Of a stretch of 64,000 bases of DNA, positions 45,087 through 54,932 are shown piece by piece (within the stretch, counting starts at the first letter, position 1; every line of letters begins with the position of its first letter). Source of the DNA: an uncultured Planctomycetales bacterium (lineage in GTDB: Bacteria > Omnitrophota > Gorgyraeia > Zapsychrales > Fredricksoniimonadaceae); NCBI GenBank assembly GCA_964572155.1, contig CAZNDZ010000001.1, positions 648,840 to 712,839 of the forward strand, in the 5' to 3' direction. A program made the translations under genes and the position numbers. The notes below the pieces were generated by a model, which did not search any database, was not told where the DNA came from, and worked only from the letters and a program-made list of their open reading frames with translations.

Positions 45087-46371
45087 CATCTTAGAACAAG
45101 TTGCCACATTTGTAGGAACATCTGTTGAGCCAAAACCTTTTGTTGCAGGCACAAGTTATATTCCTGTATCAGGAAAAGTGTTGGATGGCGCAGACATTGC
45201 CTTGATGGTTGATGCGTGTTTGGATGGTTGGTTAACCAGCGGTCGATTCACTGACGAGTTTGAGAAACAATTAACGCTCGCAACCGGCACAAGATTTGCG
45301 ATGTTGGTTAACAGCGGATCATCAGCCAATTTATTGGCCATTAGCGCGTTAACGTCTGGTTTGTTAAAAGAACGCGCATTAAAGCCAGGCGATGAAATCA
45401 TCACTTTAGCTGCAGGTTTTCCAACAACAGTTAATCCCATCATTCAAAATAATTGTATCCCTGTTTTTGTCGACATTGATTTAGCCACGATGAATGTGGA
45501 TGTTGATGGCTTAGAAAAAGCCATTAGCCCTAAAACAAAAGCCATTATCTTGGCACACACCTTGGGTAATCCATTTAATATTGCTGCGGTTAAAGCCATC
45601 GCTTGGAAACATAATCTCTGGCTAATTGAAGATAGTTGTGATGCCTTGGGTGCAACATATCAGGGAGCACCGAGTGGTAGTTTTGGTGATATGGCCACAT
45701 TAAGCTTTTATCCGGCACACCATATCACGACAGGCGAAGGTGGGGCGGTGGTGACGAGCAATGCACTCTTAAATAAAGTGTTATTGTCATTTCGTGATTG
45801 GGGCAGGGATTGTTGGTGTCAGACGGGCAAGGATAATACGTGTGGCAAACGTTTTGATTGGCAGCTTGGAAAATTACCGCATGGTTATGATCACAAGTAT
45901 ATTTATTCTCACATCGGCTATAATCTAAAAGCCACTGACATGCAGGCAGCTTTGGGTGTTGGTCAAATAAAAAAGTTGCCCCAATTTGTTGCACGACGTC
46001 GAGAAAATTGGAATGCATTGCGTCAGGGTTTAGCTGCGTTAGATGGCAGGGTTTCATTTGTCACGGCGACAGCAGAGAGCAACCCAAGCTGGTTTGGTTT
46101 TGTGATGACAATCAATGATCCAAAAATTTCACGGGATCGTTTGGTGCAATATTTAGAATCGAAGAAAATCGGCACGCGCATGTTATTCGGGGGAAATTTA
46201 TTAGATCAGCCTGCCTATGCTAATATCACGCATCGCACAGTAGGTGCACTTACAGCCAGCGACCGTGTGGCCAAAGATGTACTATGGGTTGGTGTTTACC
46301 CAGGCATCACCACAGCCATGTTGGATTATATGATAACCACGATTAAAACTTATTTTAAGGACAATGCATGA
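45061..46371 (+). CDS. CDP-6-deoxy-D-xylo-4-hexulose 3-dehydrase-like PLP/PMP enzyme (DdhC/RfbH, DegT family)
   Basis: 436 aa; N-terminus ...PKPFVAGTSYIPVSGKVLDGADIALMVDACLDGWLTSGRFTDEFEKQL...SGSSANLLAI closely parallels E1 dehydrase N-terminus. Confidence 0.8.
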   Translation: MSLAPSRNSILEQVATFVGTSVEPKPFVAGTSYIPVSGKVLDGADIALMVDACLDGWLTSGRFTDEFEKQLTLATGTRFAMLVNSGSSANLLAISALTSGLLKERALKPGDEIITLAAGFPTTVNPIIQNNCIPVFVDIDLATMNVDVDGLEKAISPKTKAIILAHTLGNPFNIAAVKAIAWKHNLWLIEDSCDALGATYQGAPSGSFGDMATLSFYPAHHITTGEGGAVVTSNALLNKVLLSFRDWGRDCWCQTGKDNTCGKRFDWQLGKLPHGYDHKYIYSHIGYNLKATDMQAALGVGQIKKLPQFVARRRENWNALRQGLAALDGRVSFVTATAESNPSWFGFVMTINDPKISRDRLVQYLESKKIGTRMLFGGNLLDQPAYANITHRTVGALTASDRVAKDVLWVGVYPGITTAMLDYMITTIKTYFKDNA

Positions 46372-47315
46372 GCCGTCAATTACAACTCTTATCCGTCGTG
46401 ATCCCTTGCCACAATGAAGAAGCTGTCTTGCCTTCAACGCATGAACGCTTAACAGGGATTTTAGCGGATTTGATTCAAAAGAAATTGATCGCAAATTACG
46501 AAATTGTTTTGGTTAACAATGGTTCCAAAGACAATACGGTCGCCGTGATGCTGCGTTTATTTAAAAATGATCCGCATGTGCATGTGGTTGATTTACGTCG
46601 GAATTTTGGTTATCAGGCATCGATCACAGCGGGCTTGAATGCAGCAACCGGCGATGCCGTTGTAACCATTGATGCCGACTTACAAGACCCACCGGAAAAA
46701 ATCGAAGAAATGATAGGGCATTACACACAAGGATACGACTTGGTCTTAGGCGTGCGCAATGATCGTTCGACAGATAGTTTTTTTAAACGGGTATTCTCTC
46801 AATTCTATTATCGTTTCTCTCAATGGATGGGCGTTGAGGTTGTTTACAATCATGCGGATTTCCGTTTGATGGATCGTTCCTTATTAGATCAATTCAAAGA
46901 CATGCATGAGCGTGATCGTTTTATCCGCGCTATGATCTTGTATTTGGATAATCATTATGCCTGTGTATATTATGAGCGTCAGACGCGAAAGATGGGCATG
47001 ACAAAATTCTTTGCTGGGGACTTGATAGCATTAGCCATGGATGGGATTATCTCGTATTCTTATAAGCCACTGCGTTTTATGTCGATCTTTGGGGTCTTTA
47101 TGAGCCTTATCGCCTTGGCTTTAGGCTGCTGGGTTGTTTATTTAAAATTAAAGCAAAATATTGTCGTGGGGTGGGCGTCCACCTTGGTCCCAATTGTTTT
47201 CTTTGGCGGCGTTCAGTCGCTGTTCTTAGGGTTAATTGGTGAATATGTTGGTCGTTTGTATAATGAAATTAAAGCCCGTCCGCTGTATGCCATTCGTAAA
47301 ACCTACAAGCATTGA
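46368..47315 (+). CDS. family 2 glycosyltransferase, polyprenyl-phosphate sugar transferase type (ArnC/GtrB-like)
   Basis: LSVVIPCHNEE, DADLQDPPE (DxD), two C-terminal TM helices; ATGA overlap with the upstream gene. Confidence 0.8.
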   Translation: MSRQLQLLSVVIPCHNEEAVLPSTHERLTGILADLIQKKLIANYEIVLVNNGSKDNTVAVMLRLFKNDPHVHVVDLRRNFGYQASITAGLNAATGDAVVTIDADLQDPPEKIEEMIGHYTQGYDLVLGVRNDRSTDSFFKRVFSQFYYRFSQWMGVEVVYNHADFRLMDRSLLDQFKDMHERDRFIRAMILYLDNHYACVYYERQTRKMGMTKFFAGDLIALAMDGIISYSYKPLRFMSIFGVFMSLIALALGCWVVYLKLKQNIVVGWASTLVPIVFFGGVQSLFLGLIGEYVGRLYNEIKARPLYAIRKTYKH

Positions 47316-47370
47316 CCCTATTGGCTGTGACTTGATTTATTGAAGTTATAGGCTATACTTTTGGGGTAAA

Positions 47371-49959
47371 ATGACCTATACCAAATCTAAAATATTAGCT
47401 CTCATCCTTCTAACGACATTTGCAAGTGCGTCAGTGTCTGTGCCTCGTGCACAGGCAGGAGAAATGACGGTGCCGCTCATGCCTAAAGCAGGGGCCATGG
47501 TTCAATTAAGCCAAGCTTTTACACCCGCACAGTTAAAGGGGATTGTTGTTCATCCAAATCAGCCGCTGCAATTTGATTTCTTGATTGGTCAAGGTGACGG
47601 CCAATTAAGCACAGAAGAAAAAAGCCAAGAATATAACACACTCATCAAATACTTTTTAGCGTCCCTAGCTGTTGCGGATAAAGACCAATGGGTGAACCTT
47701 TCGCCATATGAGCATAATCGTATTATTGAAGAAAATTTCGGCAAGACCATCATGGGGCGGGATCTTTTAGCCCAAGATTACCTGCTTAAACAAATCATGT
47801 CCTCGTTGATGTACCCTGAATCAGGATTGGGAAAAACATTTTGGGACAAGGTCTATGAGAAGGCCGGCAATGCGAATGTCCCCATCAATGCTTTTAACAA
47901 AGTTTGGATCATGCCGGATCAAGCTGTCATCCATGAGAATGGGAATACTGCTGTTATCGTAAAGAGTCATTTGAAGGTGATGTTAGAAGAAGACTACCTT
48001 GCTAAAGCAAAAAATACTACGGACACCATGCCATCGGCAACCAAAGAAATGATGCGCAACATTTTATTGCCGGAACTTGAACGGGAAGTTAATGAGGGAA
48101 AGAATTTTGCAAGCCTACGCCAAGTATTTTCAGGGATGATATTAGCAACGTGGTATAAGCGTGCATTAAAGGATTCGCTCTTGGGTCAAGTGTATGCCGA
48201 TAAGGCTAAGGTTAAGGGCATCGATCAGCCTGCTTGCCGGCAGGCAGGAACTAAGTGTGATGCAAATGAAGAGATTTACCAAGAATATCTGCAGGCTTTT
48301 AAGAAGGGCGTTTTTAATTACATCAAAGAAGATCAACAATCCATTCCCCGCAAATATTTTGCCGGCGGTATCACAGGTCTAGGCAATTTATCCCTCGATA
48401 CAAAACAAGTCAATCGCGCCATGATATCCGCAGATGTTGCCGGGACAGAAGCCGTTACCACACAATTTGATGCCGCGATGGATGTAGATCCAATTGCGAA
48501 AAAGCTGATCATTTTCAACGAAAGTATTCCGTCCTTTGACATAAAAGATCCAAAACTAAAGTATCTGACGTGGTTAATGGCTGAGGATATCGAGAAAGAC
48601 AATGGCTGGCAACGCACATATCACGCCATGGACAATCAAACATTAAGCCAAGAATTTCAGTCGTTTATCGACAGCGGTGTTTTTCAAGAACCATTTTTAA
48701 GTTCAAAGAATATGAGTCCCGAGGGCATTATTGCATTCTTAGATGCATTATCACGTCGTTACGGTGCTGTGGAGCTCGATGTTAAAGACTTAACCGAAGA
48801 CTTTATCGGCAATAGTTTATGGCTTGGACTAGAAGGTTTTGCTGCAGCCAGTGTTCGCAAAGATAAGGATCTCCATGAATCCATGGTCAAAGCCAAGGCG
48901 TGGGTGCGAGAAGTTTTTATCCGTGCAGGTTTGAATGATGCCGCGATGACGCCGGAACAGTATGTGCAAGATTTTAGACGGTTTTTAGATAGGATGGGGT
49001 CGTTAAGAGAAGAAGAGAAAGTGCATGCGGTTAACTTATTAAAAATGATTTCACATCTTCATGATCCAAGATATAGATTCGAGAATAGTATAGAATATGC
49101 TGCAGATCTAAATTTTTATATTCTTAGAATCCGAGCCGAAAAGAATCTAAAAGTGTTGCAGGCCATTGGTGCATATTTCACAGCTGAAAAGCGAAGCATT
49201 TTTGTTCCGGCGATATTTGAAGCTATCCACGATAAAATTACTAAATTATCCAAACCAGAAGCGACAATAGATTTTGATGAAGGAGTGCTTAAATTAGCAA
49301 AGTTGCATCTCCCAGACAGCTTAGGGTATCAACGGGTTGAGTTATTAGCAAATGAAAGAGTCATTGTTAATTTACAAGATGTTGCAGAGCAAAGAGATGG
49401 CGTTCTATTTAACATCAATTCGGTGTTTCGACATAAACCGTTTACCATTGAGATCATGAAAAGAAAAAGTACTAATGCATTAGGTTATGATCTTGTTTTT
49501 GTTGGGACATATGATGGCAGGACGAGTGATTTTATTATTCAGAATAATACACGTAAAGGCGTTGTTCCTATTCCTTATAGAAGTATTTTAAAAGGAAACA
49601 TGTTTGTATTAGGTCTTGATGTATTTGGCAAACAATTTGATTTTTCAAATGTTATTGTTGAAAGCGTGAAGCCATCAGAATTAAGCTCGATCTATGTTTT
49701 GTACAAACCAAAACCAAAGTATTTACCGCTATCGAAATCAGCTCTACCATATGATCAAGCAATGGCTACTGTTGCTCAAAGTGATGTGGGGGGTATTGAT
49801 TTGAACTCTGGTAACTTGGATTTGCAGATTAAGCGGGATGGGAATGGGGTGGTTATGCCATTGGTAGAGCAGGACTTAGTGCAGTTGTCCCGTATTGAAG
49901 GGCTTGTGCCTCGGATTATAGCGATTAAGCCAGCGTCTAGCTTGCCAGAGCTGCAGTAA
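47371..49959 (+). CDS. large secreted protein of unrecognised family (paralog A, 862 aa)
   Basis: Signal peptide ...ASASVSVPRAQA/GE; its N-terminal roughly 330 aa and C-terminal roughly 60 aa are clearly homologous to the ORF at 59744-62809. Confidence 0.6.
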   Translation: MTYTKSKILALILLTTFASASVSVPRAQAGEMTVPLMPKAGAMVQLSQAFTPAQLKGIVVHPNQPLQFDFLIGQGDGQLSTEEKSQEYNTLIKYFLASLAVADKDQWVNLSPYEHNRIIEENFGKTIMGRDLLAQDYLLKQIMSSLMYPESGLGKTFWDKVYEKAGNANVPINAFNKVWIMPDQAVIHENGNTAVIVKSHLKVMLEEDYLAKAKNTTDTMPSATKEMMRNILLPELEREVNEGKNFASLRQVFSGMILATWYKRALKDSLLGQVYADKAKVKGIDQPACRQAGTKCDANEEIYQEYLQAFKKGVFNYIKEDQQSIPRKYFAGGITGLGNLSLDTKQVNRAMISADVAGTEAVTTQFDAAMDVDPIAKKLIIFNESIPSFDIKDPKLKYLTWLMAEDIEKDNGWQRTYHAMDNQTLSQEFQSFIDSGVFQEPFLSSKNMSPEGIIAFLDALSRRYGAVELDVKDLTEDFIGNSLWLGLEGFAAASVRKDKDLHESMVKAKAWVREVFIRAGLNDAAMTPEQYVQDFRRFLDRMGSLREEEKVHAVNLLKMISHLHDPRYRFENSIEYAADLNFYILRIRAEKNLKVLQAIGAYFTAEKRSIFVPAIFEAIHDKITKLSKPEATIDFDEGVLKLAKLHLPDSLGYQRVELLANERVIVNLQDVAEQRDGVLFNINSVFRHKPFTIEIMKRKSTNALGYDLVFVGTYDGRTSDFIIQNNTRKGVVPIPYRSILKGNMFVLGLDVFGKQFDFSNVIVESVKPSELSSIYVLYKPKPKYLPLSKSALPYDQAMATVAQSDVGGIDLNSGNLDLQIKRDGNGVVMPLVEQDLVQLSRIEGLVPRIIAIKPASSLPELQ

Positions 49960-50003
49960 AGATTTTTTGGCAAAAGCGGTTTTTATAGTGTAAACTTGCC
50001 CCT

Positions 50004-50744
50004 ATGACAGATATTCCTAATTTTCCAGCTCCAAAAAAAGATAATGTAACCAAGCGCGCGGCCATTTTCCTGCAAGTGATTGTGGTTGTCGTGATTGTTT
50101 TTATTGGCGCCAGCCTTTACCGCACCATTTTAGACCAAGCTTCCCAATTAGAAGTTACTAAGAACAATGTTAATGAACAAAAAGATCAGGTAAGTTCTTT
50201 AAGTGCTCAAATTAGCAGCTTAAACGATAAGATCAAAGAATATAAGAAACAAAGCGATGATTTGGATGCTAGCGTGGCTCAAGAAAAAGAGACTGTGGAT
50301 GCCATGAAGAAGAATTATGATGCGCTTGAAGTGAAGATCAATGATTTAAATCAAGAATTCGACGATAAATTTGGCCGTTTAAGCAAAGAAATCACGGATG
50401 TTAAAGAATTAGTTGGGCCAGTTAAGGATGATATTGCTTTAATGAAGGAAGATACTCAGAAATGGCAAAAGGATTATGTGGCAGCCTTAAGTGATTTGCA
50501 AGTCCATGTTACCCGCGCGGCAGGTTTGATTGCTCAAATGCGTGATGAAGTTAATAAGAAGATTGACTTTATTAGCATGGTGCAAGAAAAAATGATCAAA
50601 GACGCCGCCGTTGCCAATAGTATTCCCATGGTGTCTAAACCAACAGAAGACCCAGATCGTACTGTTCATCATCAGATCATGAATAGTGATTTGTCAGAGT
50701 TTAAGGACAAGGCAGATTATAAGGCCGAGACCACCACGAAGTAA
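50004..50744 (+). CDS. membrane-anchored coiled-coil protein
   Basis: TM helix AAIFLQVIVVVVIVFIGASL followed by a long heptad-rich region. Confidence 0.4.
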   Translation: MTDIPNFPAPKKDNVTKRAAIFLQVIVVVVIVFIGASLYRTILDQASQLEVTKNNVNEQKDQVSSLSAQISSLNDKIKEYKKQSDDLDASVAQEKETVDAMKKNYDALEVKINDLNQEFDDKFGRLSKEITDVKELVGPVKDDIALMKEDTQKWQKDYVAALSDLQVHVTRAAGLIAQMRDEVNKKIDFISMVQEKMIKDAAVANSIPMVSKPTEDPDRTVHHQIMNSDLSEFKDKADYKAETTTK

Positions 50745-50751
50745 AACTGCT

Positions 50752-51429
50752 TTAAGCGTGAATTTTCTTCTTATTAAATTCGTAGATCACATCGAGTAGA
50801 ATTAGAACAGCGGCAACCCCTAAGATGAACCAGCTTTTTGGTGTCATCATCTTATGTTCCATCAAAATACGTGTCTTTAAATGAAAAGCAATCAACATGA
50901 TGATCACCCAAAAGAAGGGCTTATGTTCTTTGCTATCGATCAAGCGCTTTAAGCTAAATGGCCACTTTTCTCCTTGGGGGTATGGATTAAAGGAAGGGAT
51001 CATGGCGGGAATTTTAGCCATGTAATTCTTATAAGATTCGCCAAATTTTGCTAGTAACATACCTTGTTCATCGTTGATTGTTCTAAAATAAACAAGCGCC
51101 AAGGCAATGATGAAAACAAGTCCTGCCCAGCCCATGTTTAACACGACACAAAATCCAATGAAGATTAAGAAGGTGCCAAGGTAAAGCGGGTTGCGCACAA
51201 AGGCATATGGGCCCGACGTGGTTAACTTGTCATTCTTAATTGCATATCCGTTAGACCATAGACGGATGAGAAGGCCTGCGATCACATAGCCAATCCCAGC
51301 ACTAATGGAAGCTTCTGTGGTGCGGCCATAAATTGCGATCAATAAAGCAAACGGATAAATGATGGCAAAACGTGGTTTAAACCAACGGTTGATGCGATGT
51401 GTTAAATTCATAGCAGGTATTATACTCAA
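50752..51429 (-). CDS. isoprenylcysteine carboxyl methyltransferase/phospholipid methyltransferase-family membrane protein
   Basis: ICMT/PEMT family motif ...TSGPYAFVRNPLYLG... plus multi-TM topology. Confidence 0.7.
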   Translation of the reverse strand: MSIIPAMNLTHRINRWFKPRFAIIYPFALLIAIYGRTTEASISAGIGYVIAGLLIRLWSNGYAIKNDKLTTSGPYAFVRNPLYLGTFLIFIGFCVVLNMGWAGLVFIIALALVYFRTINDEQGMLLAKFGESYKNYMAKIPAMIPSFNPYPQGEKWPFSLKRLIDSKEHKPFFWVIIMLIAFHLKTRILMEHKMMTPKSWFILGVAAVLILLDVIYEFNKKKIHA

Positions 51430-51438
51430 AGTTTGAAT

Positions 51439-51906
51439 TTACGCTAATACTTCCAGTAGAATTCTTAACGCGGCGTTTTTAGCGAGGGTTTTATTTTGCA
51501 ATCGGTTTCCTTTAAAATGAAATTGTCTCACGATGGTTTCTTTGCCGTAAGAGAGGGCGATATAAGTTAAACCAACAGGTTTATGTTTATTACCGCCGGT
51601 AGGGCCGGCAATGCCCGTGATGCCGATGCCATAATCAGTTTTTAAAATGTTGCGCACACCTTTGGCCATGTGGCTGACAACTTCAGCACTGACAGCGCCA
51701 TAGGTGTTGATGTATTTGGCTGGGACTTTAAGGATTTTTGTCTTAGCGGCATTGTCATAGGCGATAATGCCAAGCATAAAAAAGGCAGACGCGCCTGCAA
51801 TATTGGTTAAGCTATGGGCCAATAATCCGCCTGTGCAGGATTCGGCCACCGCCAGAGTTTCTTTACGTTGCTGTAATATTTTTGCTATTTTTTGTTCAAG
51901 TCGCAT
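51439..51906 (-). CDS. CinA-C-terminal-domain protein (nicotinamide-nucleotide amidohydrolase PncC-like)
   Basis: ...ETLAVAESCTGGLLAHSLTNIAGAS... and ...GIGITGIAGP... CinA hallmark segments; 155 aa. Confidence 0.8.
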   Translation of the reverse strand: MRLEQKIAKILQQRKETLAVAESCTGGLLAHSLTNIAGASAFFMLGIIAYDNAAKTKILKVPAKYINTYGAVSAEVVSHMAKGVRNILKTDYGIGITGIAGPTGGNKHKPVGLTYIALSYGKETIVRQFHFKGNRLQNKTLAKNAALRILLEVLA

Positions 51907-51964
51907 GTTATTAAAAACAATAGGGTTATGTAATCTTCAGTGATTATACGCTTAGAACTATTGA

Positions 51965-51993
51965 TTGACAAGCACGAAGATTTTGCATATACT
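51965..51993 (+). promoter_or_regulatory. sigma70-type promoter of the rib operon
   Basis: TTGACA (51965-51970), 17-nt spacer, TATACT (51988-51993); GGAGG RBS at 52026-52030; no FMN-riboswitch-like conserved segments seen in the leader. Confidence 0.45.
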
Positions 51994-52036
51994 TTGCGGA
52001 TACTTTTGTCGATATGTACCTAAATGGAGGAAGTGC

Positions 52037-53239
52037 ATGTTTAATTCGATCCCAGAAGTCTTAGAAGAACTTAAAAGCGGACGCATGGTCATTGTTATGG
52101 ATGATGAAGGCCGTGAAAATGAAGGTGACGTTTTAGTTGCCGCAGAACACATTACGCCCGAAATCATTAATTTCATGGCAACCTATGCACGTGGTCTTAT
52201 TTGCGTGCCGATGGAAGATGCGCGCCTTTCTCAATTAGATTTACATCCCATGAAGGATGATCCAAATTCTAAACATCAAAAATGTAATACCGCTTGGACT
52301 GTTTCTGTTGATGCTGCCTTTGGTGTTACAACAGGTATCTCAACAGCAGACCGCGCCAAAACGGTTGAAGTTTTAATTGATGAGAAATCCAAAGCCTCTG
52401 ATTTAGTCACCCCAGGCCATTTATTTCCATTGCGCGCTCGTCGTGGTGGCGTCTTGGTTCGTGCAGGTCACACAGAAGCTTCTGTTGATTTGATGCGTTT
52501 AGCTGGCATGTATCCCGCCGGTGTTATTTGTGAGATCATGAATGATGATGGCACCATGGCACGTACCAATGATTTGATCCAATTTGCTAAGAAACATAAA
52601 CTAAAAATTTGTACGATCGATAGCTTGATCGAATACCGCCGTAAATCTGAGAAGTTGGTCGAACGTGTTGAAGAAACACCATTACCAACACAAGATGGCG
52701 AATTCAAGTTGTATGCGTATAAGTCTGTCATCGATGATGTGATCCATTTGGCCTTGGTCAAAGGTCAAATTGATTCAACCGTTCCAGTCTTAGTGCGTGC
52801 ACAATCCGAATGTCTGACAGGTGATATCTTTGGTTCTTTGCGGTGTGATTGCAACAGCCAATTAAGATCTGCCATGAAGACGATTGAAGCGGCAGGATCT
52901 GGTGTGATCTTATATATTCGCCAACATGAAGGCCGTGGCATTGGCTTACTCAATAAATTAAAAGCCTACAATTTGCAAGATGAAGGCATGGACACCGTCG
53001 AAGCAAACCAAGCTTTAGGTTTCCCTGCGGATTTACGTGATTATGGTATCGGTGCTCAGATCTTAGTTGATTTGGGTGTGAAACAAATCCGATTGCTCAC
53101 GAACAATCCTCGTAAGATTGTTGGTTTAGAAGGTTATGGCTTATCTGTTGTGGAACGTGTGCCTATTAAAGTCGCGCATCATCCGAAAACAGAAGGTTAT
53201 TTAAAGACCAAGAAGGAAAAGTTAGGGCACATCCTCTAA
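52037..53239 (+). CDS. ribBA: bifunctional 3,4-dihydroxy-2-butanone-4-phosphate synthase / GTP cyclohydrolase II
   Basis: DHBP synthase N-terminal half (...[15 protein letters not shown]...) and GCHII C-terminal half with Cys triad C..RCDCNSQL; ATG 52037 preferred over upstream in-frame ATG 51965. Confidence 0.95.
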   Translation: MFNSIPEVLEELKSGRMVIVMDDEGRENEGDVLVAAEHITPEIINFMATYARGLICVPMEDARLSQLDLHPMKDDPNSKHQKCNTAWTVSVDAAFGVTTGISTADRAKTVEVLIDEKSKASDLVTPGHLFPLRARRGGVLVRAGHTEASVDLMRLAGMYPAGVICEIMNDDGTMARTNDLIQFAKKHKLKICTIDSLIEYRRKSEKLVERVEETPLPTQDGEFKLYAYKSVIDDVIHLALVKGQIDSTVPVLVRAQSECLTGDIFGSLRCDCNSQLRSAMKTIEAAGSGVILYIRQHEGRGIGLLNKLKAYNLQDEGMDTVEANQALGFPADLRDYGIGAQILVDLGVKQIRLLTNNPRKIVGLEGYGLSVVERVPIKVAHHPKTEGYLKTKKEKLGHIL

Positions 53240-53676
53240 TGAATGCACGCATTGCCATTGTCGCCGGTGAGTTCAATGAATTTATCAGCAAGGCATTGCT
53301 TGCGGCGGCTTTAAAAGAATTAAAAAAAGCAGGATTGACGGACAAAGCCATCACCACGGTTTGGGTCCCAGGTTCTTTAGAAATGCCGGTGGTGGCCCTT
53401 AAACTCGCATCAAAGAAAACGGTTGATGCGGTCATTTGTTTGGGTGCTGTCATCCGCGGTGATACATATCACTTTGAAGTTGTTGCAAATAATGTTGCCC
53501 AAGGGATCATGGAAGTTTCACTGAAAACAGGTAAGCCTGTGATCATGGGGGTTTTGACAACAGATACGATTGGGCAAGCACAAGCGCGGGCCCAAGAAAA
53601 CGGTAAGGATAACAAAGGCCGCGATGCGGCTATAACGGCGCTAGCCATGATTGCTCTTTTAAAAAAGTTGAAATAA
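53239..53676 (+). CDS. ribH: 6,7-dimethyl-8-ribityllumazine synthase
   Basis: 145 aa, ...[13 protein letters not shown]... and ...VPGSLEMP... typical RibH; TAATG overlap with ribBA. Confidence 0.9.
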   Translation: MNARIAIVAGEFNEFISKALLAAALKELKKAGLTDKAITTVWVPGSLEMPVVALKLASKKTVDAVICLGAVIRGDTYHFEVVANNVAQGIMEVSLKTGKPVIMGVLTTDTIGQAQARAQENGKDNKGRDAAITALAMIALLKKLK

Positions 53677-53677
53677 T

Positions 53678-54109
53678 ATGAGACGACGCACACTCGCGCG
53701 TGAACACGCTTTAAAGATTTTGTATCAATTGGATATCACCCGTCGACCTTTGGATCTGATCATCGAAGATTACTGGAAAGCGGATGATACCAAGGATATC
53801 AAAGATGATGCGATCATCAAGTATGCCGGTGAATTAGCGACGGGTGTTGTTGCACAGTTGAAAGTTATTGATGATAAGATTTCCGAATATGCCACCAATT
53901 GGCAATTAAAACGCATGGCCGTGATTGACCGCAATTCCATGCGCATCGGTTTGTATGAACTCAAATACACCAAAGAAATTCCTCCCAAAGTAGCCATTAA
54001 TGAAGCGGTTGAGCTCGCCAAGAAATATGGTGATCTTGAATCCAGCAAGTTTGTTAATGGCATCTTAGATAAGATCCATAAAAAAGAAATTGTAGAGCCG
54101 AGCAATTAA
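53678..54109 (+). CDS. nusB: transcription antitermination factor NusB
   Basis: 143 aa all-helical, ...[13 protein letters not shown]... NusB N-terminus; classical ribH-nusB adjacency. Confidence 0.9.
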   Translation: MRRRTLAREHALKILYQLDITRRPLDLIIEDYWKADDTKDIKDDAIIKYAGELATGVVAQLKVIDDKISEYATNWQLKRMAVIDRNSMRIGLYELKYTKEIPPKVAINEAVELAKKYGDLESSKFVNGILDKIHKKEIVEPSN

Positions 54110-54110
54110 C

Positions 54111-54932
54111 ATGCGGCTGGCTGACCTCCACATTCATACGTACTACTCCGACAGCACATCATCGCCAGAGGAAGTGGTAGAACAGGCTGTTGCGGCTAAA
54201 ATGAGCGCAATTGCCATTACCGATCATGATATCATCGACGGCGTGGCCCCAACCATCGCCGCGGCCCAAGGCAAAGATTTAGAAATCATCCCAGGTGTTG
54301 AATTATCCGCAGAATATGAAGGTAAAGACATTCACATCTTAGGGTATTTCATTGATGTGGAAAAAGGTCCGTTGGTTGAGAAATGTGAAATATTCTTAGA
54401 CGGCCGTGTTGCGCGCATGAAGCAGATGATCATGAATTTGCGTGGTGTTGGGATTACCAATATTGAATATGAAGAAATCAGTGCCATGACCAAAGGCAGG
54501 GCAGTGGGTCGAGCACATTTGGCGTACTTGATGGTGCAAAAGGGTATTGTTAAGAATTATAAGGAAGTCTTTGATAAATATTTAAGCGAAGGCTGCCCAG
54601 GGTATGCACCGAAGTTCAAACAAAGCCCATTTGAAACCATTGATTTGATTCACCAAAGTGGTGGATTAGCCGTGATGGCGCATCCAATGCTCACCCTTAA
54701 AGATGAATTGATATCCCCGATGGTGAAGGCGGGTTTAGATGGTTTAGAAATTTATTATCCAAATCTCTCCGATACCGTGCATAATTTTTATTATAAGTTA
54801 GCAAAAAAACACAAGCTATTAATGACGGGCGGCTCCGACGCTCATGGTAAAGCCAAGCCTTATACGTACATTGGTAAGGCATCCATTGATTATGCGTTGG
54901 TGGAAGCCATGAAGGAACGTTTGAAACGATGA
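54111..54932 (+). CDS. PHP-domain metal-dependent phosphoesterase (TrpH/YciV-like)
   Basis: MRLADLHIHTYYSDS...AITDHD... PHP motifs I-II and later His/Asp motifs (GGSDAHG). Confidence 0.75.
   Translation: MRLADLHIHTYYSDSTSSPEEVVEQAVAAKMSAIAITDHDIIDGVAPTIAAAQGKDLEIIPGVELSAEYEGKDIHILGYFIDVEKGPLVEKCEIFLDGRVARMKQMIMNLRGVGITNIEYEEISAMTKGRAVGRAHLAYLMVQKGIVKNYKEVFDKYLSEGCPGYAPKFKQSPFETIDLIHQSGGLAVMAHPMLTLKDELISPMVKAGLDGLEIYYPNLSDTVHNFYYKLAKKHKLLMTGGSDAHGKAKPYTYIGKASIDYALVEAMKERLKR

Noticed and set aside
51906-52036. FMN riboswitch (RFN element) expected upstream of ribBA
   Set aside because: The 130-nt leader has a good sigma70 promoter but none of the conserved RFN segments (for example GGGGCAGGGTGAAATTCCC / CCGGCGGTA / AGCCCG) by eye; no riboswitch called. 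A covariance-model search would be decisive.
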